Shown here: piece after piece, positions 18,437 through 28,888 of the stretch
Layout of the letters: each line of letters begins with the position of its first letter
How positions within the stretch are numbered: the first letter of the stretch is position 1
Assembly: GCA_028285595.1 (NCBI GenBank)
Contig: JANQOW010000066.1
Coordinates: forward strand, 89,759 to 153,758
Direction: 5' to 3'
Source of the DNA: Hyphomicrobiales bacterium
GTDB taxonomy: Bacteria > Pseudomonadota > Alphaproteobacteria > Rhizobiales > CAJQND01
Length of the DNA: 64,000 nt
Notes under the pieces: generated by a model
What the model saw: the letters and a program-made list of their open reading frames with translations, nothing else
Databases searched by the model: none
Told to the model about the DNA's origin: nothing
Translations under genes and position numbers: made by a program

Positions 18437-19309
18437 TTAGGACGCGGAACCCTTGGCTTTACTCCGCTTTGGAACTGCTTTGGGGCGCGTTTTCTCTGGG
18501 AAAATCCCGTACTTGCGCTTATCTTCTAGGACATCCCTCACTATTTGAATGTTAACGCCCGCAGCACCATTAGAGTACGCATAAACGAGGGCCGTGTCAC
18601 ATAGGATATTGATTGTGCGCGGCACCCCGCGGCTCGCGGAGGCGATCATCTCAATGGCGTGTGGCGTGAACACGGATTTTGTGGCGCCAGCATGCTTCAT
18701 GCGATGATCAATGTACTCTGCAACCTGCTCTTTATCCAATGGGCGAAGGTGAAAATCAGACGACACCCGTTGGGCGAACTGGACGAGGCTTGAATGTTGC
18801 AGTTGATCCCTTAGCTGCGGCTGACCCACCAGGATTAACTGCAAGAGCTGATGCTTATCCACGTTCATGTTTGATAGCATGCGCAACTCTTCAAGAGCAT
18901 CCATATCTAGATTCTGCGCTTCATCAATGATGAGTACCGTACGTCTTCCAGCTTTATATTCTTTGGTCAGGAACTCTTGGAGTTGCCGATAAAGTTCAAC
19001 GTAAGACGTGGCATCAAAAGGCTGGCCCAACGACATCAAGGCCCATTCGAGGAGTCGCCCTGAACCAAGCATGGTGTGCGACATCAATCCGATAGTGACT
19101 TTGTCGTCGATTTTTTTGAGCAGGTGGCGCACCAGTGTGGTTTTACCGCAGCCAACCTCACCGGTGATCACCGTAAATCCTGCTTGATTCAAAATCCCAT
19201 ACTCAAGCATGGCAAAAGCCATTTCATGATGTGGGGACCAATATATGAAATCTGGGTCTGGCTGAATTGAGAAGGGTTTTTCCTTCAGGCCAAAGTACTG
19301 CTCATGCAT
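18437..19309 (-). CDS. ExeA-family AAA ATPase (type found in PEP-CTERM/EPS loci)
   Basis: YFGLKEKPFSIQPDPDF, Walker A GEVGCGKTT, Walker B LIIDEAQNL, LVGQPQL, GVPRTINILCD. Confidence 0.9.
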   Translation of the reverse strand: MHEQYFGLKEKPFSIQPDPDFIYWSPHHEMAFAMLEYGILNQAGFTVITGEVGCGKTTLVRHLLKKIDDKVTIGLMSHTMLGSGRLLEWALMSLGQPFDATSYVELYRQLQEFLTKEYKAGRRTVLIIDEAQNLDMDALEELRMLSNMNVDKHQLLQLILVGQPQLRDQLQHSSLVQFAQRVSSDFHLRPLDKEQVAEYIDHRMKHAGATKSVFTPHAIEMIASASRGVPRTINILCDTALVYAYSNGAAGVNIQIVRDVLEDKRKYGIFPEKTRPKAVPKRSKAKGSAS

Positions 19310-19355
19310 ATCTACACAACTTGCCCTCTAGCGTACCCTCTCAGTCTTCATTTAC

Positions 19356-19371
19356 AGCAAATCTTATGCCA
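19356..19371 (-). promoter_or_regulatory. Putative sigma-54 (-24/-12) promoter for the ExeA-like ATPase
   Basis: Minus strand TGGCATAAGATTTGCT matches TGGCAC-N5-TTGCW with correct spacing, about 47 nt upstream of the ATG. Confidence 0.6.
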
Positions 19372-19544
19372 AGCCCAGTCAGCAATTTCCTGATTTGAAC
19401 GGGCGCCATTCCAGCGGCGGGCCACAGAGTTGGACTTTCTCTGGTCACCACTATCTCAGGCAACTTCACGGCGTCAGGCGATTGAGAGCTTCATAGCGAA
19501 GAGTCGAAGGGCCAGATACTCTAATTGTGTTGTGAACTCAGTAT

Positions 19545-20852
19545 TCAATTCCCGGCGGAGGCTTCGGGAGAAGGACCATCGCGAGTTGTTCGAGGTCTTC
19601 TGCGGCGTTGACCCGATCTGGAGGGGCGTCGGCCTCGCTCACGTGAGCTTTCCGTGTTATCTGGATTGGTTGAGAGTATCACCGCGACGAAGTAAGCGAA
19701 TAGCACACTGATTGCCATTGTTCGAAGCGGGTAATCGACCAAACTGTGAATGGCTAACGCCAATATCGACAGGGCCGCTGCTTCGGCCAACAAGGATCGC
19801 CGAAAGCTCCGTGCGATGAGCCCGAAAAAAAGGCCCACAATCAGGACACCGACGATCCCGACCTCGAGGAAGATCTCCAGATAATCGTTGTGCGCGTGAT
19901 TGATGTAGGCTGGCAGAACATCTTCAAGCGTCTCAAAAGAGGGATACACATAGGGGAACGCGCCAAGACCTGCACCGGTCAGCCAGTAAGTTTGGATGGC
20001 CTTCCATGAAGTCGCAAAGATAACCGGGCGGATATCTGTCGCATTGGAATCATCGAATCCAAACAAAGCGGAGATCAAGAGCAGCGCACACAATCCGGCC
20101 CCGAACAGGCTTATTCGGGGCATGAGCGCCAGTCGTTCCGTTTTGAACCAAGCCAAGCTGAGGACCGCCACCGCTGAAGATAGCGCCATTCCAGCCCTGG
20201 ATCCGACGGCAAAGAGATAAAACACAATGGCAGCTGATAGAGCTATATAGATCCAGACACGGCCATCTCTCACCACATAGCGGAAGGCCAATAACGGGAG
20301 CATGATGTAGGCCAGACTTGAAGCATGATTTTCGTTAGCCATCAGGCCAATGCTTGGGATGTAGGGCAATACGTCCAACGTATCCGGCAACTGTGGAGAC
20401 GACAGCTGGACCAGACCAGCGATCACATTCAACACAAAGCCAACAAACAGGAAAGGCAGCAATCGCTCCAACTCACGTTCGGAAAAACGCGAGAGAAAGA
20501 GCGCAAACCCGATGATGGTTAAGGCGAAGAGTGCAGATTCCAGACTTCTTTGCGGCACAGGGGTGAAGAACGACCAGCCGCCTGAACTCGGAAGAATGCC
20601 CGGCAGTTCAGCACTGCGAAGGACCGGAAGAAACTGCACCAGAATCACCACCAGTATTGCGGCCACCAGGCCTTTAGTGATGCCAGAAAACCTGCTCTTC
20701 GTTACTCCGATCAGACCAACGTAAAGTGCCGGCAATAACAGGATCTGTAGAAGATGATCTGACCACAACCCCTGTTGCGTTCCCCCACCAACAAGCATGG
20801 CGAAAACGATCATCGCACCTGCATAGCAGTACCTTACCGTAAGGGAGTGCAT
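19545..20852 (-). CDS. O-antigen ligase family protein (Wzy_C), copy A
   Basis: Polytopic; ANENH, GSRAG, GAGLGAF, NHAHNDYLE, HSLVDYPLRT. Confidence 0.88.
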   Translation of the reverse strand: MHSLTVRYCYAGAMIVFAMLVGGGTQQGLWSDHLLQILLLPALYVGLIGVTKSRFSGITKGLVAAILVVILVQFLPVLRSAELPGILPSSGGWSFFTPVPQRSLESALFALTIIGFALFLSRFSERELERLLPFLFVGFVLNVIAGLVQLSSPQLPDTLDVLPYIPSIGLMANENHASSLAYIMLPLLAFRYVVRDGRVWIYIALSAAIVFYLFAVGSRAGMALSSAVAVLSLAWFKTERLALMPRISLFGAGLCALLLISALFGFDDSNATDIRPVIFATSWKAIQTYWLTGAGLGAFPYVYPSFETLEDVLPAYINHAHNDYLEIFLEVGIVGVLIVGLFFGLIARSFRRSLLAEAAALSILALAIHSLVDYPLRTMAISVLFAYFVAVILSTNPDNTESSRERGRRPSRSGQRRRRPRTTRDGPSPEASAGN

Positions 20853-20858
20853 GCGCCA

Positions 20859-22304
20859 TCAACCCCGAGCTGGCATAATGGCGATACGATTCAGCAACAG
20901 TGTTCCAGAATAAAGGTAGCTTTGTCTCCAACTGTTGGGCGTTTCTTGAGTAGACACATAGACTCTTTGCATTGAGCAATCGGCATCGGGCACCGTGAAG
21001 GAGATGCTTTCTTCGGTTGCGCTTGCATCTTCCTGTTCAAAGACATGCATCGCCAGTCGTGCGTTATTGCTTCCCAAGCATGCGATGATAAGTCGAAGTG
21101 GCTTGGGAACTCGTAGACCCCGAGCGGAGTACGCCACCGAAAGTTGATAGGCACCAGGAGCCATGCCGATCAACTGGGACACACTTCCGCGTCGGACCGG
21201 CGTTCCCAGAAACCGAATTGAAAGCCCTTTCTGAGTATCCACTGTCCCATCCGAGGTCTCGTTAGAATTACTTTCGGCAGCATCGGTGCTTTGTCCTACA
21301 AATTCGAAATCAACGCCTGCCTGTCTTCGCACCTGCCAATCAAACCGGTTGCCTCTAACAGGTTGGTTAAAGGTTCCATTGTAAAGGAGGTTCGTTCCTG
21401 AGATGACGCCTCCTGGCCTCGTGCGTTTGAACAAGTCATAGCCTTCCTCCGCCAAATCTTGAGAGACGAGCAACGAAGTAGCTTGGTTCACGAGAGGATC
21501 AAGGTCTAGAATCTTCCTTTCATGCCAGGCGAGAAGAACTGGCGTCAGATGAATCATGCCTTCACTGGAAGCCGTGAGCGCATCTATCAAGCGCGCGCGC
21601 AGGATGTCATCTTGCGCAAAACGACTAGTCACAGCCGCAAACGCTTGGCTATCGGATAGAAGCTCTGGAATGATCGCTTCGATGGCAGGCCAATATCCCC
21701 ATCTGCGCCCTATGATTTCCAGTTGATCAATTGTGGCTGAAATGTCGCCGCGCTCATACGCCATGCCCAATGTGTTGGCGAGGGCCATTACCTCGGTGGG
21801 AAGGATCTTGAGAGCTTGCTTATACAGTATGGCGGCCGTGTCCCGATCATCGGTTTGCTCGGCCGTCAAACCCATTAGCGAGTAAAACCGAGCATCAAGG
21901 GGGGTGTGCACAATCCCTGCATTTATGATGTCGATTGTTTCAGGTGCCGGCGCACTTCGTTCAGCCTCCAATCGGGCATAAGCAACATTGACCCGCGCCT
22001 CTGTATTAAAGGGATTCAGGTGCAACGAAAGCTCAGGCAACCGGGTTTGCAACGAGACACTTGCCGTGTTCAACACAAGCGCAATGGTGGCCAAAATGCA
22101 AATCGCGAAGCACAGGCCCCTAACGATGCTCTGGAGCGGACCGCCCCGTAACTTGGCAAGAAGATCTGACCGCTTGGCCGTCCCGGCTCTCCGAGAAATA
22201 GGCGAAACTAGTTCGATTTCCGTCACGCGATTACCCCCTAGGCGACAACTACTATAGGATCCGTATCGCCCGCCAGGCTTACCTGTGTTGGGGACCGCCT
22301 CCAC
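20859..22304 (-). CDS. TM-anchored TPR-like protein with C-terminal beta domain, copy A (true start may be downstream, e.g. GTG about 22226)
   Basis: One TM, TPR-like helices (PLDARFYSLMG...ALKILP), C-terminal LYNGTF...RFDW; paralog of 32376-33599. Confidence 0.7.
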   Translation of the reverse strand: MEAVPNTGKPGGRYGSYSSCRLGGNRVTEIELVSPISRRAGTAKRSDLLAKLRGGPLQSIVRGLCFAICILATIALVLNTASVSLQTRLPELSLHLNPFNTEARVNVAYARLEAERSAPAPETIDIINAGIVHTPLDARFYSLMGLTAEQTDDRDTAAILYKQALKILPTEVMALANTLGMAYERGDISATIDQLEIIGRRWGYWPAIEAIIPELLSDSQAFAAVTSRFAQDDILRARLIDALTASSEGMIHLTPVLLAWHERKILDLDPLVNQATSLLVSQDLAEEGYDLFKRTRPGGVISGTNLLYNGTFNQPVRGNRFDWQVRRQAGVDFEFVGQSTDAAESNSNETSDGTVDTQKGLSIRFLGTPVRRGSVSQLIGMAPGAYQLSVAYSARGLRVPKPLRLIIACLGSNNARLAMHVFEQEDASATEESISFTVPDADCSMQRVYVSTQETPNSWRQSYLYSGTLLLNRIAIMPARG

Positions 22305-22535
22305 ACCGGCGAGGCGAAAACAGTGTCAACAACACGAACGCTGCCATGTTCTCGTCGACAGGCTGACATATTATCATCACATATTGCCCTGATATTGAGA
22401 CGGTCGCCAATATAATGGGTTTTTAGACCGAATAATGGCGGTAATTTAAATGAACTAGGGTTGCGTCGTGGTTGATAAAATGTTTACGTAGTGTAATGCT
22501 GCGGGGCACCACAAGCGAGAACGGGCGGATCAGAC

Positions 22536-23132
22536 ATGTGGTTAAAGTCGTTATTGGTTCAGACAGTTTTCTTAACAGTTCTAGCGCTTTTCGTTAGCGC
22601 ACCCACTCAAGCGGCAGTTGCCCCTGCTTCAGCGGGATTTGAGTCGGCACAAGCGGCGCGAAGCCTGGGCGATGTCCAAGGCTTGGTAGAAGCAGAGACC
22701 GATTTTGAACGCATCAAAGTGGCCACCTATGGCCGCAAGTGGCGTTATTGGCGGGTCAGGTGGCACAGACCACGTCATCGGCATTGGCGTCGTCCATACC
22801 CGAAGCGTTGCTTCTATCATTGGAAGAAAAAGAAAAAGCACGGCGATGACGACGATGACGGCAAGCATGCTTGGCAGGGCGACGACGACGATGGTGACAA
22901 CCGCTGGTGGGGCGGTAAAGGAAACAAGTACAAGAAACACTACAAGCTAAAGCGCCGCTACGCTCGTTACGGGTATGGTCGGCACTTCGGCCGCTACAAA
23001 GCCCGCGATCGTTACTGGAAGTATCGTCGGTATGTCGGCTACAGAGGCCACAAGCGCTTCAAGAGATGGAAAAAGTGGAGACGCTACTACCATGGTAAGC
23101 CTTGGTGGAAGCGTTGTCCCATCAGCAAATAA
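22536..23132 (+). CDS. Secreted Arg/Lys/Trp/Tyr/His-rich low-complexity protein with a central poly-Asp block
   Basis: Sec signal ending TQA; own terminator directly after the stop; strongly biased composition. Confidence 0.8.
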   Translation: MWLKSLLVQTVFLTVLALFVSAPTQAAVAPASAGFESAQAARSLGDVQGLVEAETDFERIKVATYGRKWRYWRVRWHRPRHRHWRRPYPKRCFYHWKKKKKHGDDDDDGKHAWQGDDDDGDNRWWGGKGNKYKKHYKLKRRYARYGYGRHFGRYKARDRYWKYRRYVGYRGHKRFKRWKKWRRYYHGKPWWKRCPISK

Positions 23133-23137
23133 AGATC

Positions 23138-23163
23138 AGAGCCCTTCGGGGCTCTTTTCTTTT
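23138..23163 (+). terminator. Intrinsic terminator
   Basis: AGAGCCC-TTCG-GGGCTCT followed by TTTCTTTT, 5 nt after the stop of 22536-23132. Confidence 0.9.
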
Positions 23164-23688
23164 GGCATCGCGTCAAATTGCTGAATGTCGATGAGTTGAA
23201 CAGCATCGTCCCATTCCGTGCATCTTTCATGTAGAGCCGCATTGATGGACGCGGTCACGACCCCCTGCCTTAGAACCAGAGTGTCGAGAGCAACCGAGAC
23301 GATCTCAAACCAATGCGGCGCCACTTGGTTGCGCCAAACGCATCAGAGAAAGACTGGGTTTCCCAATTACTCTTCACGGTAAGACGCTGACCGCGACAAT
23401 CTGAAATTGTCCGTGCACGGAGAATAAAATGTCCCGGTCAAGCGGGACACTCCTCGGCGAGGCTGTCGCTAATCTACTTTTGAGGAGGCTCGTCAAACTC
23501 CAGAATTCGACCAATGAGATCGCACTTCCTTCCGCTAGCGATCGCCACTTTTTGTTCACAAACGCGACACATTCTTATGATGAGAATAATCTTTAAGAAT
23601 GAGTTAAGGGCGGCTCGCTTCAAAACAGATCTACGTAGCGTAGTGTCACGCTCGGTCTGCTTAACGAGAGACGCCCCAAGCACGGGGG

Positions 23689-24219
23689 TTGGTCTTGAAA
23701 GTGGCTCAGTCGATTGCGTCACCTGAAGAAGTGTTGTGGTGCGTCGTAAAAACGAAGCCAGGCCAAGAGGTTCGAGCGGAGCAAAATCTGCTTCGTCAAA
23801 GCTACTCAGTTTTCCACCCCAAGCGAACAACGACCCGCAGAAGCCGAACTGGCTGGACGCAGAGGCTGGTCACACTTTTTCCTGGTTACGTATTCGTTTG
23901 CGTCGACCGGGAGGGCGTTAATTGGGCCCCTATAAACTCCACATACGGGGTGCAGGGCCTAATCACGATTGGAGGACAGCCAGCAGCTCTTCCGCAAGAT
24001 TTTGTTGAAGAGCTCAGATCACGCTGCGCTGGAAGAAGTCGGACGATAAACAATCCAGATCTTGTAGAAGGGCAAAAAGTTCAGTTTTCAAAAGGGCCGT
24101 TCACGGAACTTGTAGGTGAAGTGGAACGCGCGGGACCAAAGGACCGCGTGCGCTTGCTGATGGACATGTTGAACGGTCAAATTTCAGTCGAAACCAAAAG
24201 AGAATATTTGTTGAACTAA
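23689..24219 (+). CDS. RfaH-like NusG-paralog transcription antiterminator
   Basis: WCVVKTKPGQE, LFPGYVFV, INSTYGV, KOW motif GQKVQFSKGPF; first gene of a long EPS operon. Confidence 0.88.
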   Translation: MVLKVAQSIASPEEVLWCVVKTKPGQEVRAEQNLLRQSYSVFHPKRTTTRRSRTGWTQRLVTLFPGYVFVCVDREGVNWAPINSTYGVQGLITIGGQPAALPQDFVEELRSRCAGRSRTINNPDLVEGQKVQFSKGPFTELVGEVERAGPKDRVRLLMDMLNGQISVETKREYLLN

Positions 24220-24232
24220 CCGGGGTGGTCAA

Positions 24233-25534
24233 ATGAGTTCAGAGTTCTCCCAACCGTTGGCGTCGATAAGTCCAGGATTACACTTCCGGACAAGTTTGCT
24301 CTTGCGGAACCGTTTCCAGCTATTCGGCGGCATATTTTTTGCTGTTGTCTGGCCAGTTCTTCTGCGAACCACATACGAACAATCAAATTGGTTCAGCCAG
24401 ATAAACATCACTACGATGAGCGCTGGTGCCAGTGCCATTCTTATGGGGTTTTATCTCAATCGCAGAATGACAAATTTCCCAGGCGTTCAGGCTATGTTTT
24501 ACATTGCTCCGATCTTCGTGAGCTGCTTCGCCTTGTTCGCCTTTTTGTTTCTGCTCTTTCGGATAGACTACAGCAGGTACCTCTTTTTTTCCTCACTTGC
24601 ACTGTCCATCGTGTGGTTCTACGCCATACATATCTCAACGCGCAGGTTGCGCCCGCTGAAACTGTCTGTTGTCCCACGAGGGAGCGCATTGGGGTTGGAG
24701 GCATTGAAAAGCGTCAATTGGTCGGTACTGAAGCAACCGATCTTTCCTGCTGAACGCATTGATGGTGTCGTTGTGGACCTTCGCAGTGACTTGGATGAAG
24801 ACTGGGGCAGGTTCATAACGGATGTGGTTTTAGCAGGCGTTCCCGTATTCCATGCTAAGCACGTGAAAGAGTCACTCACTGGCAGGGTAGAAATTGATCA
24901 TCTCTCCGAGAATGTGTTCGGCTCGCTGGTGCCTGGACTGCTCTATCTCAAATTGAAGCTTATGATTGATCGCTGCGCTGCAGCCGTGGTGCTTGTACCA
25001 TTAGTGCCGATCATGATCGTTATCGCTTTTTTGATCAAGCTGGAAAGCCCAGGCCGGGTGATATTCACCCAACGCCGCATGGGTTTCCGCGGCAAACCGT
25101 TCACCATGTACAAGTTCCGAACCATGATCGAGGCGCCCGAAAAACCCTCCACGGTTGAGAGCGAGAAGACCCGGGAAGATGACCCCCGCATCACCAAGAT
25201 CGGGAAGTGGCTTCGCAAACACCGGATGGATGAGCTGCCGCAGATCATAAACATCATGAAGGGTGAAATGAGTTGGATCGGCCCGCGCCCGGAGGCCTAT
25301 AATCTCTCAAAAGCTTATGAGGCCGACCTCCCCTACTATCGCTATCGCCATATCGTACGCCCGGGCATCAGCGGTTGGGCGCAGGTCAACCAAGGCCACG
25401 TGGCTGAAGTGAACGATGTTCACGAAAAGCTTTACTACGATTTCTATTACATTAAGCACTGCTCGCTTTGGCTTGATATCCTGATATCTCTTCGAACCAT
25501 TAGGACCGTGGCGCTTGGCCTCGGAGCAAAGTAA
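24233..25534 (+). CDS. Initiating polyprenyl-phosphate glycosylphosphotransferase (WbaP/WcaJ family)
   Basis: 4 N-terminal TMs, KFRTM, DDPRITKIG, DELPQ, GPRPE, PGISGWAQV. Confidence 0.93.
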   Translation: MSSEFSQPLASISPGLHFRTSLLLRNRFQLFGGIFFAVVWPVLLRTTYEQSNWFSQINITTMSAGASAILMGFYLNRRMTNFPGVQAMFYIAPIFVSCFALFAFLFLLFRIDYSRYLFFSSLALSIVWFYAIHISTRRLRPLKLSVVPRGSALGLEALKSVNWSVLKQPIFPAERIDGVVVDLRSDLDEDWGRFITDVVLAGVPVFHAKHVKESLTGRVEIDHLSENVFGSLVPGLLYLKLKLMIDRCAAAVVLVPLVPIMIVIAFLIKLESPGRVIFTQRRMGFRGKPFTMYKFRTMIEAPEKPSTVESEKTREDDPRITKIGKWLRKHRMDELPQIINIMKGEMSWIGPRPEAYNLSKAYEADLPYYRYRHIVRPGISGWAQVNQGHVAEVNDVHEKLYYDFYYIKHCSLWLDILISLRTIRTVALGLGAK

Positions 25535-25543
25535 GATTGCATC

Positions 25544-27013
25544 ATGCCTAAGATCACTCCAATCATCCTGGCCGGGGGTACCGGCACGCGCCTCTGGCCC
25601 ATGTCCCGTAGAGGGTTACCAAAGCAGTTCTTGCCCCTGTTTTCGGACGAGTCGACCTACCAAGCAACGCTTCGGAGGGTGTCCAACAGTCCGCACTTCG
25701 TCAGACCAGTGGTCATTACCAATGAAGACTACAGATTTCACGCCGCCTCCCAAGCCGCCGAGGTCGGTGTCGAAGTCTCGCTTTTGCTGGAACCCATACC
25801 ACGCGATTCAGGGCCCGCCATTGCGGCAGCCGCAAGCTTTGCTCAAGAACGGGACGGTGACGACGCGTTGGTGCTCATCTTGGCGGCAGATCACATTGTT
25901 CTGGACAAAGACGAATTCGTTAAGACTTGCCTGGCCGGCGCCAAAGCCGCCAGTGGAGGAAAGCTGGTAACATTCGGCATCAATCCAACCGAACCAAACA
26001 CATCATTCGGCTACATCAAGCCCGCTAATTCCGGCAAGTCACCAGTTTCAAAAGTCGAAGCCTTCGTGGAGAAGCCCGATCTAGCTACCGCCGCTAGGTA
26101 CGTGGCGGAAGGCTATCTTTGGAACTCTGGAAACTTTCTTTTCCGATCCGACGTGCTCGCGAGTGAACTGTCCATTCATGCACCGGATGTGCTGGAAGCG
26201 TCGAGGATGGCCGTTCAGAACATGGAAGAAGACCTCACGTTTAAGCGCATCGATCCGGTGGCTTTCGAAAAGGCGCCCAAGATTTCGATTGACTATTGTC
26301 TGATGGAACCCACCGATGCGGCGGCCGTTGTCCGCGCTAGCTACCGATGGTCCGATGTGGGTAATTGGGACGCATTCTGGGAGATGTCCCAGAAGGATGA
26401 TCAGGGCAACGCGACCAAGGGCAGCGTTGCTTTGGTGGACACTAAAGACTGTGTTGTCTGGTCCGATCGCAGTGTGGTGGGCTTAGTTGGTGCGGAAAAT
26501 TTAATCGTCACAGTGACATCCGATGCGGTTCTGGTGGCTCACCGCAGCGCGGCCAGCAAAGTGAAAGAGCTTGTTGCAGAGCTGAAAGCGAAAGATTTGC
26601 CTCAAGCAGAAGAACATCGTTTGGTGCGCCGCCCGTGGGGCAGCTATGACAGCGTGGATGAGGGCGAACGCTTCAAAGTGAAACGGATCGTGGTTACGCC
26701 CGGCGCGTCGCTGTCCTTGCAGCGACATGTGCACCGCGCTGAACATTGGGTGGTGGTGCGCGGCGTTGCTGAAGTAACGGTAGACAAGACCGTGACGCGC
26801 CTCTCTGAGAACCAGTCTATCTACATTCCTCAAGGCAGTATGCATCGCTTGAAGAACCCCGGAAAGATTCCCCTCGAACTGATCGAAGTGCAAACAGGTA
26901 GCTACTTGGGTGAGGATGATATTCAGCGGTTCGATGATGATTTCGGGCGAGCAGGCAGAGTTTTGGACCACAGCTCTACAAATGCGGACACGGAGCAGGA
27001 CGCCACCTCATGA
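25544..27013 (+). CDS. manC: Mannose-1-phosphate guanylyltransferase / mannose-6-phosphate isomerase
   Basis: [35 protein letters not shown], cupin RPWG...HRAEHW. Confidence 0.96.
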   Translation: MPKITPIILAGGTGTRLWPMSRRGLPKQFLPLFSDESTYQATLRRVSNSPHFVRPVVITNEDYRFHAASQAAEVGVEVSLLLEPIPRDSGPAIAAAASFAQERDGDDALVLILAADHIVLDKDEFVKTCLAGAKAASGGKLVTFGINPTEPNTSFGYIKPANSGKSPVSKVEAFVEKPDLATAARYVAEGYLWNSGNFLFRSDVLASELSIHAPDVLEASRMAVQNMEEDLTFKRIDPVAFEKAPKISIDYCLMEPTDAAAVVRASYRWSDVGNWDAFWEMSQKDDQGNATKGSVALVDTKDCVVWSDRSVVGLVGAENLIVTVTSDAVLVAHRSAASKVKELVAELKAKDLPQAEEHRLVRRPWGSYDSVDEGERFKVKRIVVTPGASLSLQRHVHRAEHWVVVRGVAEVTVDKTVTRLSENQSIYIPQGSMHRLKNPGKIPLELIEVQTGSYLGEDDIQRFDDDFGRAGRVLDHSSTNADTEQDATS

Positions 27014-28059
27014 CGTCCACCAAGAAAGCCCTGATCACAGGCGTGACCGGTCAGGACGGTGCGTACTTATCGGAATTGTTGTTGGAAAAGGGCTACCACG
27101 TACATGGCATCAAACGCAGATCCTCTTCCTTCAACACAGGGAGAGTGGATCATCTCTATCAAGATATTCACGAGAGAGATCTCCGTTTCCAATTACATTT
27201 TGGTGACTTGACTGACTCGACCAATCTGATCCGACTGGTACAAGCCATCCAACCTGATGAGATCTACAATCTCGCAGCCCAAAGCCATGTACAGGTGAGT
27301 TTTGACACTCCAGAGTACACAGCCAACGCCGATGCAGTCGGCACAACGCGTCTGCTGGAGGCCATTCGCATCTTGGGTATGGAGGAGAATGTCCGCTTTT
27401 ATCAGGCCTCCACATCTGAACTCTACGGCAAAGTTCAAGAGGTCCCTCAGTCGGAGACCACCCCATTTTACCCGCGCTCTCCCTACGGAGTGGCAAAGCT
27501 CTATTCGTATTGGATTACGGTCAATTATCGCGAAGCCTATGGGATGCATGCTTCCAATGGCATCTTATTCAACCACGAAAGTCCCATTCGCGGCGAGACA
27601 TTTGTAACTCGCAAGATCACGCGCGCGGTAGCTGCCATCCACAAGGGAATTCAAGATCGAGTCTTTCTAGGGAACCTCTCGGCAGAGCGCGATTGGGGAC
27701 ATGCGCGCGAGTATGTAGAAGGCATGTGGCGCATCCTGCAGCAACCGGAACCGGACGACTATGTTTTGGCCACCGGCGAAAAACATTCCGTTCGAGAATT
27801 CGTGGAAGCTGCGTTCAAGGAAATCGACATCAAAATCAAGTGGCAAGGCACGGGTGTGGAGGAGAAAGGCATTGATGCCGCTACAAACCGCGTTCTTGTC
27901 GAGGTGGACCCACGCTACTTCCGTCCGACCGAGGTGGATCTTCTAATTGGCGATTCTTCAAAGGCCGAACGCGTCTTAGGGTGGAAAGCCAAAGTTTCGT
28001 TCTCGGAAATGGTCAGAGAAATGGTGAGATCTGATCTTGAAGAACTTGAGAATTCTTAA
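27010..28059 (+). CDS. gmd: GDP-mannose 4,6-dehydratase
   Basis: [46 protein letters not shown]. Confidence 0.97.
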   Translation: MTSTKKALITGVTGQDGAYLSELLLEKGYHVHGIKRRSSSFNTGRVDHLYQDIHERDLRFQLHFGDLTDSTNLIRLVQAIQPDEIYNLAAQSHVQVSFDTPEYTANADAVGTTRLLEAIRILGMEENVRFYQASTSELYGKVQEVPQSETTPFYPRSPYGVAKLYSYWITVNYREAYGMHASNGILFNHESPIRGETFVTRKITRAVAAIHKGIQDRVFLGNLSAERDWGHAREYVEGMWRILQQPEPDDYVLATGEKHSVREFVEAAFKEIDIKIKWQGTGVEEKGIDAATNRVLVEVDPRYFRPTEVDLLIGDSSKAERVLGWKAKVSFSEMVREMVRSDLEELENS

Positions 28060-28116
28060 CGCTGGATAAATCAATGGGCCACACGCAAGCAGCATGAGTG
28101 GCGCGCGCCGGGGAGA

Positions 28117-28866
28117 GTGGGACGAATGAGAGTGTCGGTGATTACAGTTTGCTGGAACTCGGCAAAGACAATCGGCTACACATTGGAAAGCTTCTTTGAA
28201 CAAAGCCATCGAGACAAAGAGTTGGTTGTCGTAGATGGCGCCTCTAGCGATGAGACGGTTTCAATTGTCCGCTCATTTGGCGAAGACAACATCAAGCTTG
28301 TGAGCGAGCCGGACAAGGGCATGTATGATGCGCTCAACAAGGGCTTGCAGCTTTACACGGGCGATGCATTTGGCGTGTTGAACTCAGATGATGCCTTTCA
28401 TGATGACACAGTTTTGACCCGCATCGCGGACGCGCTAGAACGCTCTGAAACCGTTCACGGCCACCTTAACTTCGTGGAGTGCCAGGAGAGCAAAAAAGTT
28501 ATGCGCCGATGGCGGGGAGAGCCAAGGCCGGCCAAAGGGTTTCGGACAGGTTGGATGCCAGCCCATCCCACGTTCTATGCCAGGCGCGAAGTTGCGGCTC
28601 GCGTCGGCAATTTCGATCTGTCTTGGGGCATCGCAGCTGACTACGACTGGATGTTAAGAGCCCTGGAATGTGAGCAATCCGGGTTGGAGTTAATTGATCA
28701 TGTGATGGTCGACATGGCGCAAGGCGGGGCAAGCACTCAAGGTGTTGGTGCCTATGTACATCACAATCTGGAGGCGCTTAAGTCGCGCCGAAAATGGTTG
28801 GGCGCTGGGCTGGTGGACTATGCTTTCATCGCTAAACCTGCCCGCAAGCTCAGACAGTTTCTGTAG
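28117..28866 (+). CDS. GT2 glycosyltransferase, WcaE-like (probable fucosyltransferase)
   Basis: SEPDKGMYDALNKG, LNSDD, HPTFY, ADYD; between gmd and fcl. Confidence 0.88.
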   Translation: MGRMRVSVITVCWNSAKTIGYTLESFFEQSHRDKELVVVDGASSDETVSIVRSFGEDNIKLVSEPDKGMYDALNKGLQLYTGDAFGVLNSDDAFHDDTVLTRIADALERSETVHGHLNFVECQESKKVMRRWRGEPRPAKGFRTGWMPAHPTFYARREVAARVGNFDLSWGIAADYDWMLRALECEQSGLELIDHVMVDMAQGGASTQGVGAYVHHNLEALKSRRKWLGAGLVDYAFIAKPARKLRQFL

Positions 28867-28888
28867 CAGTCTAAACTAGTTAGAGCAT

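Noticed and set aside
18437-19309. Type II secretion system or transposon TniB/TnsC ATPase
   Set aside because: No gsp genes or transposase nearby; the context is PEP-CTERM/EPS.
22437-22444. GGCGGTAA as an ops element
   Set aside because: Mismatch to GGCGGTAG, and separated from the EPS operon by the terminator at 23138-23163.
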